Shown: positions 1 through 15,459, counted from the stretch's first letter. The stretch: DNA of 64,000 nt from Octopus sinensis (GCF_006345805.1 NC_042998.1:42470001-42534000); one strand, 5' to 3'. The notes: a model not told the origin generated them from the sequence alone. Translations and numbers: made by a program.

Positions 1-1338
1 GACACATCCATTCATAACAGATGCATGTACATAGTCACAAAAACCTATACACATAGACACACTCAAATAAGCATACAGAAGGAGACAGAGGTACACAAAT
101 ACACACACACATACATACAAACACACAAACATATGAATATACAGAATACACACTTACAAACGTACACACATGCATACATATATATATGAGCATACACACA
201 TAAACACACATACGCACATACATACATACATACATACATACATGCATACATACATACATACATATATACATAAAGACCCCCTTCGGTCATGAATGACCAT
301 GGGATTGCATCTAGAAAGTTACCCTCCTAGACACAAGTCCGGGCAAGGTTGTTTATGGAAGACCAGCAGTCGCCCATGCATACCGGCCTCCCCTCTCCAC
401 GTCACCGGTGTTGTCCAAGGGAAAGGCAAAGGGGCCGATACAGCTTGACACCAGTGACGTCGCAGCTCATTTCTACAGCTGAGTGAACTGGAGCAATGTG
501 AAATAAAGTGTCTTGCTCAAGAACACAACACGCAGCCCGGTCCGGGATTCGAGCTCACAACCTCACGATCGTAAGCTCGACGCTCTAACCACTGAGCCAT
601 GCGCCTATATATACATACATATATGTATACACATGCATGCTGATGCACTCACATGTGCACAGACTAAAAACAAAAAGAACGCAGCTCCGATAATGGACAG
701 AATCAACAACTACTGAAGAGGTTGCAAGAAGCAACAAAACTTTTATAAAAACAAAAATAAGTGGAAATCGAACTGGTGTGTTAATAAGGAATTAAAACAG
801 AATGACCCTCCACAGACACAACAATATATACATATGTATGTATATAAATATGTGTGTGTGTATAGTTTAAATTTATAGAAAAGCAAAAGATGAAGACAGG
901 TGTAGGAATAACAAGCAAGTGTATTAGTTTGATGCTTAGGAAAATAGTAATTCTTTTGTTTCAAGCCTACGCTTTTCAACAGAAAGGAATAAGAAGAAAT
1001 AGAGAGAGAAGAAAAAAAACGTCATATGTATATACATATATGTGTATGTATGTATATATATATATATATATTTATTTATTTATTTATATATATATTTATT
1101 TATGCACCCTTTTCAAGTCTAACCAGGCTCATGAGCCCAGTTTCCCGGTTTCTATGGTGTATGTGTTCCCCCCCAAGAAACAGGAAGAAAGAGTGAGAGA
1201 AAGTTGAGGCAAAAGAGTACAACAGGGGTTGCCACCAACCCCTGCCGGAGCCTCGTGAAGCTTTAGGTGTTTTTGCTCAATAAACACATACAATGCCCGG
1301 TCTGGGAATCAAAACTGCGATCCTCCGACCACGATCCT

Positions 1339-1394
<56 letters not shown>

Positions 1395-1521
1395 GCATGT
1401 GTGTGTGTATATATATATAATACACACATATACACACACACACATATATAAATGTATATATACGACATGCCAACAAAGTCATAAACCAGATCCATCCTCA
1501 AAAATATATTCATTGACTTAC

Positions 1522-1732
1522 CTGAAATGGTACTGAATCAAAAAAGATTGCCATAAACCAAGTAAGAGTTATAGTGGATAGTTCTATATCAGTCCTTTCT
1601 AGGTGCTCTGCTAGATTAGGCAGCATATTTTTGACTAAGTCTTTCAGGATAAATTGATCCGCTTGTGCACCAATTAGGTTATTATCAAAGTAATGCTGAG
1701 GGAAGTAAAATTCTGTAATGGCAACCAGAGCC
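1522..1732 (-). CDS. TBC1D2: Coding exon 17 (ALVAITEFYFPQHYF...LTWFMAIFFDSVPFQ); gene continues beyond the window start
   Basis: Completes the split Trp codon; CAG|GTAAGT donor; TBC C-terminal half. Confidence 0.95.
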
Positions 1733-2292
1733 CTACATCAGTAAAAAATAAAAGATAATTTGTTTTAGTATTAACAAAATTATGTTAGTAATGTTTAGTA
1801 AATAACAAAATTATGGGATAATCAGAGGAATATTTCGGCTTCACAGCATGTAAAGAAAATAGATTAGTTGGACAATTTTCACTTAATATATGAATTCGTT
1901 TCCTTGTCATTTTTTTTTTAAGTATATCATTTATTATTTTGCTTAAGTATTTAATCTCAGTTACTTATTTATCTACTCATAAGGAAATTTAATTAATCAT
2001 GGTTCCTGAATTTTTTCTGTAGATTACTTACAATTTTTCTTTCTTTTTTTCTAAGATTATTCACAGATTTCATTATCTTTCATCTTTTATTGGTTTCAGT
2101 CATTAGACTGTGGCCATGCTGGAGTACTACCTTGATGGGTTCAGTCAAACAAGTTGCCCCCAGTACTTACATTTGAGTCTGGCACTAATTCTATTTGTTA
2201 AACTGCTAAATAAACCAACACTAGTTATCACAAGGTGGAGAGGTGGAGGGGGACAAGCACAAAGACATACTAACATATACAAATATATACAT

Positions 2293-2342
<50 letters not shown>

Positions 2343-2457
2343 TATACTGCCAGATCTGACTGGACTGGTGCAGCTTTCGGGCTCCCCAGACCCCAGTTGA
2401 ACCGTCCAACCCATGCTAGCATGGAAAGCGGACGTTAAATGATGATGATGATGATGA

Positions 2458-2496
<39 letters not shown>

Positions 2497-4586
2497 TATA
2501 TATAAGTATGTATATATATATATATATAAACACACACACACATATACACACAAACATACAGACATATGCACACACACACACACACACACACACGTATATA
2601 TAAAATCATCTGTCAATCACATGATAGAAGGTAGTTTTAGATTCTTTGGATTAATTTTCAAAAACATTTTTTAGAAATGTTTTTACCTGATTTTGGACTT
2701 TAATTTTTGCTATTTTTTTCAATAGCAATAACACAGCTATGAACAGAAAATCATATTCAATATATTCTTAATTAAATTTTGTAGTCACTATTTAAAATCT
2801 CTTTTTCACTTATAGAAAAACTTTCCACTTAAAAATACAAACACATCATACCCACTATGTCATTAAACAACAGCCTCTCTACAAGCTACAGTAATTCAAA
2901 AAGATGGTACTTAGCATTGCATCCAATACTGTTATAAAGATGACAGATGAACTAATTGGTGCCCATTCTTTCAAACTTAGAATAGTGTCCATTCTTGTCA
3001 AGGATGCAATGGAACACTTGTATCAAATATGACAGCACAAACCATGATTAATAATCCAATATCTTAACCACCAAGTAAATTTATTCAATACAATTATTAT
3101 AATTATATTTTTTCAATTTATTTTATTCCATACATTTATTATAGTTATATGTTATTATAAGTGACATCATGAGAATTTTATAAACTTTTGACAGAATGTG
3201 AAATAATTCTTTTTTTTGGAGCAGTGGATCTCAAAGCAAGTAAAGCTATATAGTATGACTTTAATCATATTGGTTTCAAATTTTGGCACAAGGTCAGCAA
3301 GTTTGAGGCAAGTTACCACTGATCAGCTAGTACTTATTTTATTGACCTCAAAAGGATGAAATGGAAAGTTGACCGTGGTGGAATTTGAACTCTGAACATA
3401 AAGACAGACCAAGTGCTGCCAAGCATTTTGCCCAGCATGCTAATGATTGTGCCAGCTCACTGCCTTATTATAATTATTCATATTAACTAAAGTGGTGTGT
3501 TGGCTGAGTTGTTAGAGTATTTGATAGACTGTCTCAGAGTACTTGTTCCAATTCTCTGTTTTCTGAGTTCAAATCCCACTAAAGTCAATTCTACTTTTTG
3601 TTAATAATAAAGTACCAATACAGGTTGATGGACTGGCAGAACTGTCAAAGCATCACATGAGATGCCTAGCAGTATTTGTCTTGGCCCTTTATATTCTGAT
3701 TGTAACACCTTTAATAACACTGGTGCCAAGCTGTATCAACCCTAATGTGGTGGCCTTCCCTTTAGACAACATTGATGGCATGGTGAGAAGGGACCTGAAT
3801 AGATGGGCAACTGCTAGTCTTCCACATAAAAAAAAAATCATGTAGAAAAGTGGTCAACTCTGATTGATTGCAATTTCTTGAGATGAGCTCATTATTCCTT
3901 CATGTATATCTTACACACATTAATGTCTTTATTGACTATACACAAGCATCTTTATATCTAGTTCTTCGTTCATATTATTTGTGTAAGAAGAGTATATATT
4001 CTAAAAGCATTTATCATCATTATTTTTTAACATCCATTTTTCTATGTTTGCATAGGTCAGACAGAATTTGTTGAGGCAGATTTTCTATGGTTGGATGCTC
4101 TTCCAGTTACCAACCCTCCCCTGTTTCCAAATAAGGTAATATTTTCCCTTGGCTAGACATGTTTCCCACAGAAGACTGGAAATGAACAGCTTCTCATGAA
4201 TGGGTGTTAATGATTCTCTTTAACACCCATTCATCACATGATGTCTAGACAAGAGTACACATATAATGGGCTTCTTTCATTTTCTGTCCACTAAATTCAC
4301 TCACAAGGCTTTGATTGGCTTTTGATTGGCACAATGGGACTGAACCCAAGACCACATGGTTGGGAAGCAAGCTTCTCAACCACACAACCATACCTGCACT
4401 TATGCCATGCCTACACCTATTGGGCCACACCAGTGCATATACATACCTGTACCTATCCTTCTTAATATCAATTTACACCCACTTAGAGGGAAATGTATAC
4501 AACGTCCAATTATACATTTTAAATTTTATTTATAATTATAGATAAAGAGGATGCAAACAAAAATATTAAAAAAATCAAACTCTTAC

Positions 4587-4711
4587 CAGAATGTATCATG
4601 TGCATTCATAAACAAGAGACACATTGCTGCAAAGAAGTTCATACCCTGGCAGTAACCAATACAGGGATTGTGAACACAATATGCCAAAAGTATGTCTTGA
4701 AGGTCCATCAC
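4587..4711 (-). CDS. TBC1D2: Coding exon 16, glutamine finger (VMDLQDILLAYCVHNPCIGYCQGMNFFAAMCLLFMNAHDTFW)
   Basis: YCQG motif; ttttcag acceptor; GTAAGA donor; phase 0/2. Confidence 0.95.
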
Positions 4712-5686
4712 CTGAAAAATATCTTCTTATTAAATTTCTGCTTCATAATTTGTAGTTCATGTTTAACAATAACAACAAAAAAAAAGAAGGAAAAAAACCC
4801 AAATTTTTTCTTGTTAAACTTAGAACTGAACTAAAATATATATATAAAAAAAAAACTTTCTAGTAAATGGAATTTTAAGATATCAAAATCAAGAGTGATC
4901 TTATAACTTGTAAATAAAAAAAAAACTTCATTTTTGCCTCAATGTCAGTTGCACATTGCCCCTCATCTAATACATCTTTAATAATGAATGTATCTCTCGA
5001 GACATGATGAAAATGTTTTGCCTCAAGAAATAAGCTTCATTTTCTTCACACTTGTTTGTGTCTATGTGCAACTAGTTAAGAACTTAAGAGGATCAATGTA
5101 GTGTAGATATAAATATCAAAAGACTTTTCTCTCTAATGATGAAATAAATCAACTGAAAAGTATGATTTTGTCTAATTTCAAATTAAGAAAATATGATTAG
5201 AAAATAATTTTACTGTTTACTAAAATAACTCAAGTAAAAATTATAGTTGAATGGATTTGTGACTATACATAGCTTTTAGCACCAGCCAGAGAATCAATGC
5301 ACAAACTGGAGGAATTAGTTGTGAAGATAAAAAAAGATTTCAGAAATGACTTTTAATCTTTTAGCATTCAGATTACTCTGTCAAATGTAGCACTTATTTA
5401 GTTGCATTATTTTGAATTATTCATACATTATCTTGAAGGCTTGAAATTTCAAGGTGATATACTCTTTACTCTTTTACTTGTTTCAGTCATTTGACTGTGG
5501 CCATGCTGGAGCAACGCCTTTAGTCGAGCAAATCGACCCCCAGGACTTATTCTTTGGAAGCCTAGTACTTATTCTATCGGTCTATTTTGCTGAACTGCTA
5601 AGTTATGGGGATGTAAACACACCAGTATCGGTTGTCAAGCAATGTTGGAGAGACAAACACAGACACACAAACATATACACACATGT

Positions 5687-5719
<33 letters not shown>

Positions 5720-6272
5720 CACATATATATTTAGATACATATATATGATGGTCTTCTTTCAGGTTCCATCTACACAATCCACTCACAAGGCTTTGGTCGG
5801 CCCGAGGCTATTGCCCAAGGTGCCATGCAGTGGGACTGAACCCAGAACCATGTGGTTGGTAAGCAAGCTACTTACCACACAGCCATTCCTACATCTTTAT
5901 TTTTACAATATCATTATATGGGACATGTGGGGGTCTGGATCAGGCTGATTTGACTAAACAGGTAGAATATTTTGCTTGGTTATGGCTAGTTTAAATTCAA
6001 AAGGGTTAAAGTGTTATAAAGATTGTAGAATCACTTTAAGTAATTCTCTTAAGCCACATTTCTGCAAAGGTGTAATACATACTTCCATATCATACAAACC
6101 TGTAGACGATGGCTGTAATTACAAGGTTTATGTTGAAATAAAGAAGACTTATTCTGGTTGTTAACTTTGGTGCATTTTCTTCCTTATGATGTTGGAATAT
6201 AGAGTAATGCAATATTTATCTAAAGAAAAAAAGTAAATGAAATGACAACAAAATATTGAAAATTTGGCTCAC

Positions 6273-6362
6273 CCCTTTACTCTCTGCTGATGAAAACTTA
6301 ACATTATTTGGCATCGTTCGTAAGAGATCAACAAAGACTTGTCGTCGATATTTAGCAGCCGA
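6273..6362 (-). CDS. TBC1D2: Coding exon 15, arginine finger (SAAKYRRQVFVDLLRTMPNNVKFSSAESKG)
   Basis: DxxR catalytic motif; tttacag acceptor; GTGAGC donor; phase 0/0. Confidence 0.93.
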
Positions 6363-7226
6363 CTGTAAATATGAAGCAAATGGAATTTTATACTTCTAGA
6401 ACTTCTGAAATAGATAAATTCTAGAAGGAGTGATACAAACAAAAATTATCCCAATGTATATTTTACAATTTAATCTTAACATTAGTTCCTGTTAGGCTGA
6501 ATTAGCTTTTTTTTCTGGCAAGAAGAACAATATGTTGTCTATGGGTTTAAATTATATTGATTTAACCTCTAAAAATTACTAAATGGTAAAATCAAGGCGT
6601 TGTTGTAAAAAGTTTGGTTTCAAATTTTGGGAAAGTGTGTAAGTCAATTACATCAACCCCAGTGCTCAACTAGTATTTATTTTATGGACCCCAAAAGCCC
6701 AGCAATGTAATGGTATAGGGTAAGTGTTTAACTGGTCACTTTATCAACCCTGAAATGATGAAAGGCAAAGTTGATCTCAATAAAATTTGAACTCAGAAAA
6801 TAAAAATGAGCAGAATGCTGCTAAGCATTTTGCCCAGTATGCTAATGGTTCTGTCAGCTCACTGTGTTATTGTCATGAAAATATTGTTGTAAATTAAGGA
6901 ACCCTAATCTGGTATGATCAATAAATTGGTGATGGAGGAATAGTTTATCAAGCACTTGGTGGTAAGTCACAAACTTCATTTGTTGCTCTAGTTTATAGTT
7001 TGATGGGTGAGTGGAGGGGATATTATTATCCAGGGAACTTTTTTTATATGTTAGATGGTGGGAAATGGTTCCTTATGATACTCTTTTGAGCTGCAGTTGG
7101 CATGATGATCATGTGAAAGTACTGAAGGTAATATTTTGTAAGAAATTATTGCAGCTTAGTAATTGGGAAGGAAAGTTTAACTATAGCATTCCAGTCTGGA
7201 GTTTAGAGTATAAGAGAGAATATTGA

Positions 7227-7362
<136 letters not shown>

Positions 7363-7965
7363 GAGGGCAGTAGCTAGGGTTACTTAACATGCTGATACAT
7401 TTTCTTCCATGTAGTTTAATACTTTGTTGAATTATGCAGTGGTAATAATGTCAATTCATTAACATTTAATTAAGCAGTCAATGGTTTGATTAACTGTCCA
7501 GTTAATCCATCAGTTAGCTAAGTTTGTTAAAGTCTTTTTGTCACTATTTATTACCTCATCAATGACATGGTCTCTCTACTTGGAATCTGCTTCAGATCTG
7601 TGGTGAATGGCAATAAAAGAACTTTGACAAACCTAGCCAATTGATTGATATTAATTACAAATTCCCATAGGACCACTAGCTCCAGAAATCCTGTTATTTA
7701 TTCTCCAACAAGTTAAAATCCACATTTATTTAGAGACATCTGATTTTCAATCCACCTCAAAAACTGTGGCAATATCAACTGTAGCAATATCAATGTATAA
7801 GAATGCAATGTATTGTTCAAATTAAAACGTCTCTTGTTTATATTTTCTAACTAATGAACGTTTTAAATTTGCAGCTCTTGTCGAGATAACTATTCAAATA
7901 GAAACAAATGAATTAATCAATTTTTTGAGTTGCTCATTCATTTATGAAGTCCTAATATTACAGAG

Positions 7966-8235
7966 TGGAGGTGCAATGGCCCAGTGGTTAGGGCAGCGGA
8001 CTCACGGTTGGAGGATCACAGTTTCGATTCCCAGACCGGGTGTTGTGTGCATTTATTGAGCAAAAACACCTAAAGCTCCACGAGGCTCTGGCAGGGGGTG
8101 GTGGCAACCCCTGTTGTACTCTTTCGCCCCAACTTTCTCTCACTCTTTCTTCCTGTTTCTTGAGGAATGCTGTGATGGACTGGTGTCCTGTCCTGCTGGG
8201 GGGAACACATATGCTACATAAACTGGGAAAAGGGC
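7966..8235 (+). mobile_element. tRNA-derived SINE group A. Other copies at ~274-605(-), 1105-1340(-), 16659-16870, 20615-20960, 53150-53398(-), 60010-60320
   Basis: A-box TGGCCCAGTGGTTAG and B-box GTTTCGATTCC, followed by a non-tRNA body. Confidence 0.8.
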
Positions 8236-8336
8236 ACATAAATAAATAAAAATATTACAGAATTCATGACGACTGAAAATAACCACAAAAGCATATATAA
8301 AATACAGTTTATATCAACAAGAAAAAACAGTTGTAC

Positions 8337-8492
8337 CTGACAATCAATTTGAATATTACATAGATTACTAAAATAATGAAGTCCTTTGTCAGACATTATA
8401 TTTTCTAACTTTAATTTAATAAAATAACTCCAAAGCTTTCCACGGAACTGGTCAGGTATCCCTTTGCGACCAAGCAATTTCAGTTCCTTTTT
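8337..8492 (-). CDS. TBC1D2: Coding exon 14, TBC start (KKELKLLGRKGIPDQFRGKLWSYF...IDCQ)
   Basis: GIP...R..W TBC motif; ttccag acceptor; CAG|GTACAA donor. Confidence 0.93.
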
Positions 8493-9931
8493 CTGGAAAA
8501 TAAATAAACGAAAAGTAAACAAATAATTAAATGGAATTTTTTTGGATGGCAGTATAAAATTATAATATAATTAGAATAAAAGTATATTGTACAGGATCTA
8601 AACAGAATAATTCTAAGTTAATTTGGTTGGAAAGAAGATCAAATTAAAAAACATCAAACACCTTTCTTTCAAATAAATCTGACAAACTAAAACATTTAAA
8701 AGTCATAATTAACATCCTCTCAAGATTGGGGCTTTGATTTTTCTTTTATGGTATGGTAGAAACTAAATTCCCAATACATACATTCATTATAAAATTGTTT
8801 GTCTCAAAAAAATATCAGCCCAGTTTTGCTCAGTACTATTTTGAAAAACATCAAACAAAAGATTTTAATACATTCTACACGCATCTTGATAAATTCTTTG
8901 AAACAAACTCAGTCAAACTTCCAACACCAGTATGTCTGTCTATTAACAAACCATCTTTTCTTGAATGAACCACAATGAACATAGAGTCTTCAGCCAAATA
9001 AAGTTAAACATAGCTAATAATGATTTCTTTTGATTTCTCTTGAGACAGACAGACAGTCAGATAAAGAGAAAGTGGGAGAGAGAGAGAGAAAGAGAGAGAG
9101 TGGGATATCATTAAGATAAATTCTAGCAACTGAGCAATGTCCATAGCCAATTGGGTCATTGGGGGTGGGGCATCATCAAAGACATTGTCTTCATCTTCAT
9201 GCTATGATTCAAATAGTTTCCAGTTACCCTTCTTTAGATCTTGTGGATATTTAAGTTCAGCCCTGCTGAGTAAGAAATCATTTGTCTGTTACACAGTGAA
9301 CTTGTCAACAGTGGTAAATTGTACTTCTTATGATAAGAAAGACCGATTTATTCAGTATTAAATGTCTTTGCTTTGATATCAGTATAGTACATAGATAAAT
9401 AGCTGATGATCCATTGGTTAGAAAACTAGAGCTCTGTTAACTTGTCAAGCAAAAACTCTGACTACTTTACAGGTACTCATTTAATTAACCTTCAGGTAAT
9501 AACAGGTAAATGTGACTGTGTTACAAAAGTAGCTTTGTGAGGTGAAATACAATAAAATATCTAGACCACTTATTTATTGTTTTTACCAGTTTCAGTGTCC
9601 CATTTAGTATAACAAGTCTGCAAAATAGATGATCATGAGCTGAAGTCTTTTTGAATTGATTGGACTATTTTAAGGTTTATTCAGACAAATAAGGTACCCT
9701 ATCTTTTTCAGAATCCTTTCTATGTCATATAACACCTGTGGCTGGTGTAGAGGTTTCAATTTCCAACTGATTCTATTAGTTTTAAAATTTCATTTTCACA
9801 ATCATAAGCAATGAAGTAACCTTTAAGAGAGGCAGTTCTTGAATGAAGCAAATAGAAAAGGGTTCTTTTGTACAAGATTTTGTATGTTTAATCAAAAAAA
9901 TATATATTTATGAATTAAATTATGACAGTAC

Positions 9932-10136
9932 CTTTTTCTTATTTTTCCACCATTCAGTTGGAGTGTTTAGGTTTTTAGTGAAAATTTTCCATTGTATTTG
10001 GTTACAGTCATAGTTTTCTAGTTGTTTGCTGTAGTGTAAAGAGAGCTGCTGGCATGTATAGTGTATGGCCATATCTGAAGTACTATGTACATGCTTAAAG
10101 CCATAACTGTCGACATGAACCTGTTTAGCTATCAGC
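9932..10136 (-). CDS. TBC1D2: Coding exon 13 (LIAKQVHVDSYGFKH...QWKIF...WWKNKKK)
   Basis: D.YGF pre-TBC motif; ctag acceptor, phase 2; AAG|GTACTG donor. Confidence 0.9.
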
Positions 10137-10841
10137 CTAGTGAAAAGATATCAAATGGTTATTAAATAATTAACAAAATTTATTTAATGGAATAAAATTA
10201 GCTTGCTAAAACTAAATTTATCTATTTTGGAAAATAAGGCTCTATGAAAAGTATGTATGGTATATGGTATCTATTTTTCCTTGATTTTTGGTGAAGTTGT
10301 CATTGTTATGCATCTTATGCTTTTGCAGTGTGTTCATGACACTACAATGAAAGTTTTCTTGATTAAGTGTAAGTTCACCCATCAGATAAAGCTATAACAT
10401 TACTTTGTTCTGACATTCTTACAGTGTTTTCTTGGAATGGTTTGCCATTGTCTTCTCCAACTGGATAGTGTTGGCCCACAAGGAGCTCAACCACTCTTCA
10501 GTTGGTCTTGATTTTAGTCCTCCTAGGTGTCCAGACACCCTGGTCACAAAAGTAGTAAGCTACACAAATGGGCCACTTGACCATGGAACAGGTAGTACTG
10601 GTTTACATGGTACCAACAGTAGGTCTTGTCAGCCTGTGATGAGATCCCTGACTAGTGAAGTAAGAGTGCTATATACTTACTGATATACTGAGGAGGTAGT
10701 TTAAATTCCTTCAAACAAAAACCATAACTTTTAAAAAATGGAACTAAAAATAGTGTCTTTTTCATATGTATCTACAATTTCATGTCTAAGAAATCAATAA
10801 AAATATATAAAATGTTATAAAAGAAATAAAAAATAATTTAC

Positions 10842-10912
10842 CTCTCATATACTGGTAAACTGGGATTTGTTTGTCTTGCTTCTTCAAGAAGTTTGCAAAC
10901 TTTTTCTTTATA
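10842..10912 (-). CDS. TBC1D2: Coding exon 12 (YKEKVCKLLEEARQTNPSLPVYER)
   Basis: ttcttag acceptor; AG|GTAAAT donor; phase 0/2. Confidence 0.85.
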
Positions 10913-11994
10913 CTAAGAAAGTTTATACAGGAATACAAAATATATATAAATATTTGACTACCATACTTAAGATTTGGACAAATATTTAAAATTATAAAAG
11001 AAAATGAAACAAATGAAAAAAAAATATGTTTATTATGGGATCAGGCCTCTCTACAAATGCCTTTGTTAGTTTATTATGAGTACTTATTTTATTATGTACA
11101 CAAGAATGAAAGGTAAATAAGTATCAATAAGTTTCAAAATTTGAAATCTAATTTACCCTTTAGCCATATTTGGTCTAAATATTCTATCTATTTTATGTTC
11201 AAGATCTGGTCTCTCACACTTATCCTACAATGTTATTCTAAAAATGTGCAATCACATCATCAAAATCTTAAAGCTACAAGAGAATGCATGGTTAATTCAA
11301 AACAATGTGAATAAATAAGCATTACATTTGACAGAGAAATATGAATGTTAAAGGGTTAAAGCCCTAATTTCAATAACACTTTATAATTATATTTACAATC
11401 AATGGGTTCTCTATATAATACTGACACAACTACGACAGCAACATCTGCTTCCTCCATCTGCTGATATTAAGCTCTCCTACCACATCACTGTATGTTACTT
11501 TTTCAGCTTTGTATTCAATCGTTACTCAGTCCTTCTTCCTCAGAGTTATTTCACTACTCAGAGACAGATCCAAATGTCTCAACAGTTTCAAATATTAAAA
11601 TAAGCTTTTCAGACTTGTAAATAATTTTCTTCAGTGATCTTGCATTTTCTTAGATTCAACCACAATTTATAGATTTAATAAATATTCAAACTGTTAACAT
11701 TGTTTTTTTCTTCACAGCTTCATTCATACACAACTCTCTTGTTTGGTATCTGATAAGGAATGATGTTATTTTATTCACATGTGAGGATACAAAACAAAAA
11801 TTAATTTTTCTAACCTCATCCAGGTATTTTCTTTCCCAGCAATTCAGGAAAAAGTAAAAAGCTATGGACATTGCTGCTTCAGATTTATGAATGAAAAGTT
11901 AAAAAAGCCCTTGAACTCATTTCATGCTAACATTTACAGTTATTTATAACAATTCAAAACAAATATTAACAGTAACTAAAACAAAAATTCTTAC

Positions 11995-12127
11995 ATAGGT
12001 CTGATTTGTAGAGATAAACTGTGATTCATCAATATTTTCACTTTGAGGAAACTTTATGCATGACTGGATCAAATGGCAGAATTCCCTTTTACACGAATAA
12101 ATTTCTGATTCTAAGATTTTTATTTCA
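11995..12127 (-). CDS. TBC1D2: Coding exon 11 (EIKILESEIYSCKREFCHLIQSCIKFPQSENIDESQFISTNQTY)
   Basis: ttttag acceptor; GTAAGA donor; phase 2/0. Confidence 0.85.
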
Positions 12128-13169
12128 CTAAAATGTCAATAAGAAACACATCCATCAGTTTAAATATATTTACTGCATAAAAAACAAGTTTATCTTTTAT
12201 CTTTTACTTGCTTCAGTCATTGGACTATGGCCATGCTGGGGTACCACTTTGTAGAATTTTAGTTGAATAAATTGACCCCAGGATTTACATTCTTTTTTAA
12301 AGTCAGGGACTTATGCTGTTGGTCTTTTTTGTTGGATCGCTGAGTTGTGGAGATGTAATGTGTATGTCTCTCACCACCATCACCACTACCACCACTATTA
12401 CAACTTTACAATACCAGTTGTAAAGTGGTGGTGATGAGAGGCAGCACAGGCATAAAAACTCATATACACACACACACATATATACAACAAACTTCCACAG
12501 AGTTTCTGTCTGCCAAATTCATTCACATGCCATATAAAATGCACTTGTGTTGGTACCACAAAAAATGCAGCCATGATGGTGGCATGCCCAAAGCATCCAG
12601 CACACTCTGTAAAGAGGTTGGTGTTAGGAAGGGCATCCAGCAGTAGAGACCATGCCAAAACAAACAACTGGAGTCTAGACAGTTCTTTGGCTGGCCAGCT
12701 CCTGTCAAACCATCCAACTCATGCCAGCATGGAAAATGGACATTAAACAGTGATGATGACGATATTTACTTAAGGTGCCATGGAGTAGGATTGAACCTGA
12801 AATCCCATGGTTGCAAAACAAGCTTCTGAACCCACACAACCAATCTTGTGCCTATGTTTCCTTGTAAATTTTTGTAAAGTTTCGGACATTTGTTATTTTA
12901 CATTTCTAAATTTTGAAGATCAGAAATTTACCACAATATATCAGTGACAAACTTTGTGAACTAAGGATAAACTTGTTTATAAACAGTGATATTCACTAAA
13001 AATAAACAGTGATAAACTTTGTGAACTAAAGCCTATTGGAATTGATTGAGGATTAAGAATTTTTTTTTATTGTTATTATAAATGTGACTTAAAGATCCAG
13101 ATTATGCAACGATCTTGTTTCAAGTCTGTATCTGTAATTCCTAATTTACATGACATTTGAATGGTTTAA

Positions 13170-13216
<47 letters not shown>

Positions 13217-14100
13217 TGACAACAATGACAATAACAACAACAACAACAAAAATAATAATGGTTTCAAATTTTGCCACAAGGGCAGTAATTTTGGTGTTGG
13301 GGAGATGAGTTGATTACATCGACCCAAATATTCAACTGGTATTTATTTTATTGACTCTGAAAAGATGAAAGGCAAAGTCAACCTCGGTGGAATTTGAACT
13401 CCAAACATAAAGATAGACAAAATGCTGCTAAGCGTTTTGCCTAGTGTGCTAATGATTCTGTCAGCTCACCACCTTAATAATAATAATAATAATAATAATA
13501 TAATAATAATAATAATAATAATAATGATAATAATTCTTTCTAATATAGGCACAAGATTTTTGAAATTTTTTGGTTGGGGTGCGATTACATTGACTCCGCA
13601 CCACTGCTCAGCAGGTACTTATTTTATTGATCCTAAAAGACTGAAAAGCAATGTCAACCTCGGTGGAATTTGAACTCAGAACATAAAGACAAACTAAATG
13701 CTATTCAGCATTTCTCGTGTGCTCATGATTCTACCAGCTTGTCACCTTTAACTGTTTCTAATGTAGGTACAAGGCCAGCAGTTTTGAGGAAGAGGTTAAT
13801 TGATTACATCAATCCTCAAAACTTTACTGATACATTTTATTGTCCTTGGAGAGATGGAAAGCTAAATTGACCTTGGCAATATTTGAATTCAGAATATAAA
13901 AAGCCAGAACAAATATGCAAAGCATTTTTCCCTAATGCTCTAGTGATTCTTCAAATCAATAGAAAACATTAAATTTCACTGTTTTTTTTCATTATTAAAA
14001 GAAGCATAAATCAAATAAAACATTGTTTATCACAACTCTATGATATTGTGATACATATTCACTAACATAGTTAAATCTGAAAGATTTATAACCTATAATC

Positions 14101-14495
14101 GCAGGAGTAGCTGAGTGGTAAGTAGCTTGCTTACCAACCAAATGGTTCCAGGTTCAGTCCCACCGCATGGCACCTTGGGCAAGTGTCTTCTACTATAGCC
14201 TCAGGCTGACCAAAGCCTTGTGAGTGGATTTGGTAGACGGAAACTAAAAGAAGCCTGTCGTATATATGTATATATGTATATGTATGTATATGTTTATGTG
14301 CTTCTGTTTGTCCCCCCAACATCGCTTGACAACCGATGCTGGTGTGTTTACGTCCCCATAACTTAGCAGTTCGGCAAAAGAGACCAATGGAATAAGTACT
14401 AGGCTTACAAAGAATAAGTCCTGGGGTTGATTTGCTCAACTAAAGGCAGTGCTCCAGCATGGCCACAGTCAAATGACTGAAACAAGTAAAAGAGT
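14101..14495 (+). mobile_element. tRNA-derived SINE group B with an internal TA/TG microsatellite. Other copies at ~5462-5890(-), 39574-40030, 56217-56965, 62463-62793(-)
   Basis: GGAGTGGCTGTGTGGTAAG...GGTTCAGTCCCAC head; CAGCATGGCCACAGTCAAATGACTGAAACAAG tail. Confidence 0.8.
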
Positions 14496-15024
14496 ATGAT
14501 AATTATTAAATTAGAACTAATTCTAATAGATGATATTCTTTTTTGCTTATGAAAATGTAGAAGCTTTGAAAGACTATGGGAGAAATTATTGCAATGGTGA
14601 ATCTGAAAGTGGATACAGCTATAATTAATATGTGATAATTAGGGTTAAAAAAAGAAAACAAACTCTTGGATGAAAAAATGTCTGAAGGTTACCAAGAGTA
14701 ACTGAACCTGCATCTTCATCCAAAGATTTCTTTAAACCAATATATTACATGATATTTTTATAGCAGCATCCACTTTAAGATTCACCATTAAAATGGTTTT
14801 TTTCTACGTTTGTTTCTGTCTTGTCCTCAATGTATTTATTATATGCTTACTTTTTAATATGGAAAAAAAAGAACTATTTTGCTTTGCAACTATGTGGTTT
14901 CAAGTTCAGTCCCAATATGTGGCACCTTGGGCAAATGTCTTCTAATATAGTGCCAGGCCAACCAATACCTTGTCAGTGAATTCGGTAGACAGAAACTGTG
15001 AGGTACCCATTGTATATGTGTGTA

Positions 15025-15056
<32 letters not shown>

Positions 15057-15459
15057 TGTGTGCATGTGTGTGTGCTGTGTTTGTCCCCACTCGGTAACTA
15101 TACCCTTAAAGGTGATACCCTAGCATGGTCACAGTCCAATGAATGAAACAACCAAAAGATAAAAGATATATCCTAAAAAAAAAGATATGATGGGATATAA
15201 GTCAGGATTTAAAAATACTGCCTTAGATTTTTATTTTTCACTTGTTCAATAGCTGTATTTTATTTTTCACCATTTAACCAGGAAGTAGGTTAGTTCTCAT
15301 AACTTTTTTCAAAGTGTCTGAGACTGATGGAAAGCAGGAAGGTATCTTTAAACAGAAAACCTGCCTGAAAACACTTGCAACTCCTCTGCTAAAGGCAGCC
15401 AAGAGCCAAGTGAGGGTATTAATCCGTTTATTACCATGTTTATACTGGAATATACTGCT

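Noticed and set aside
35-2616. Many 60-150 aa ORFs rich in YIYI, CVCV, MYVC or THTH (also at 17171-17606, 33788-34195, 39604-40058, 52388-52845, 56496-56935)
   Set aside because: Translations of microsatellites and SINEs, not genes
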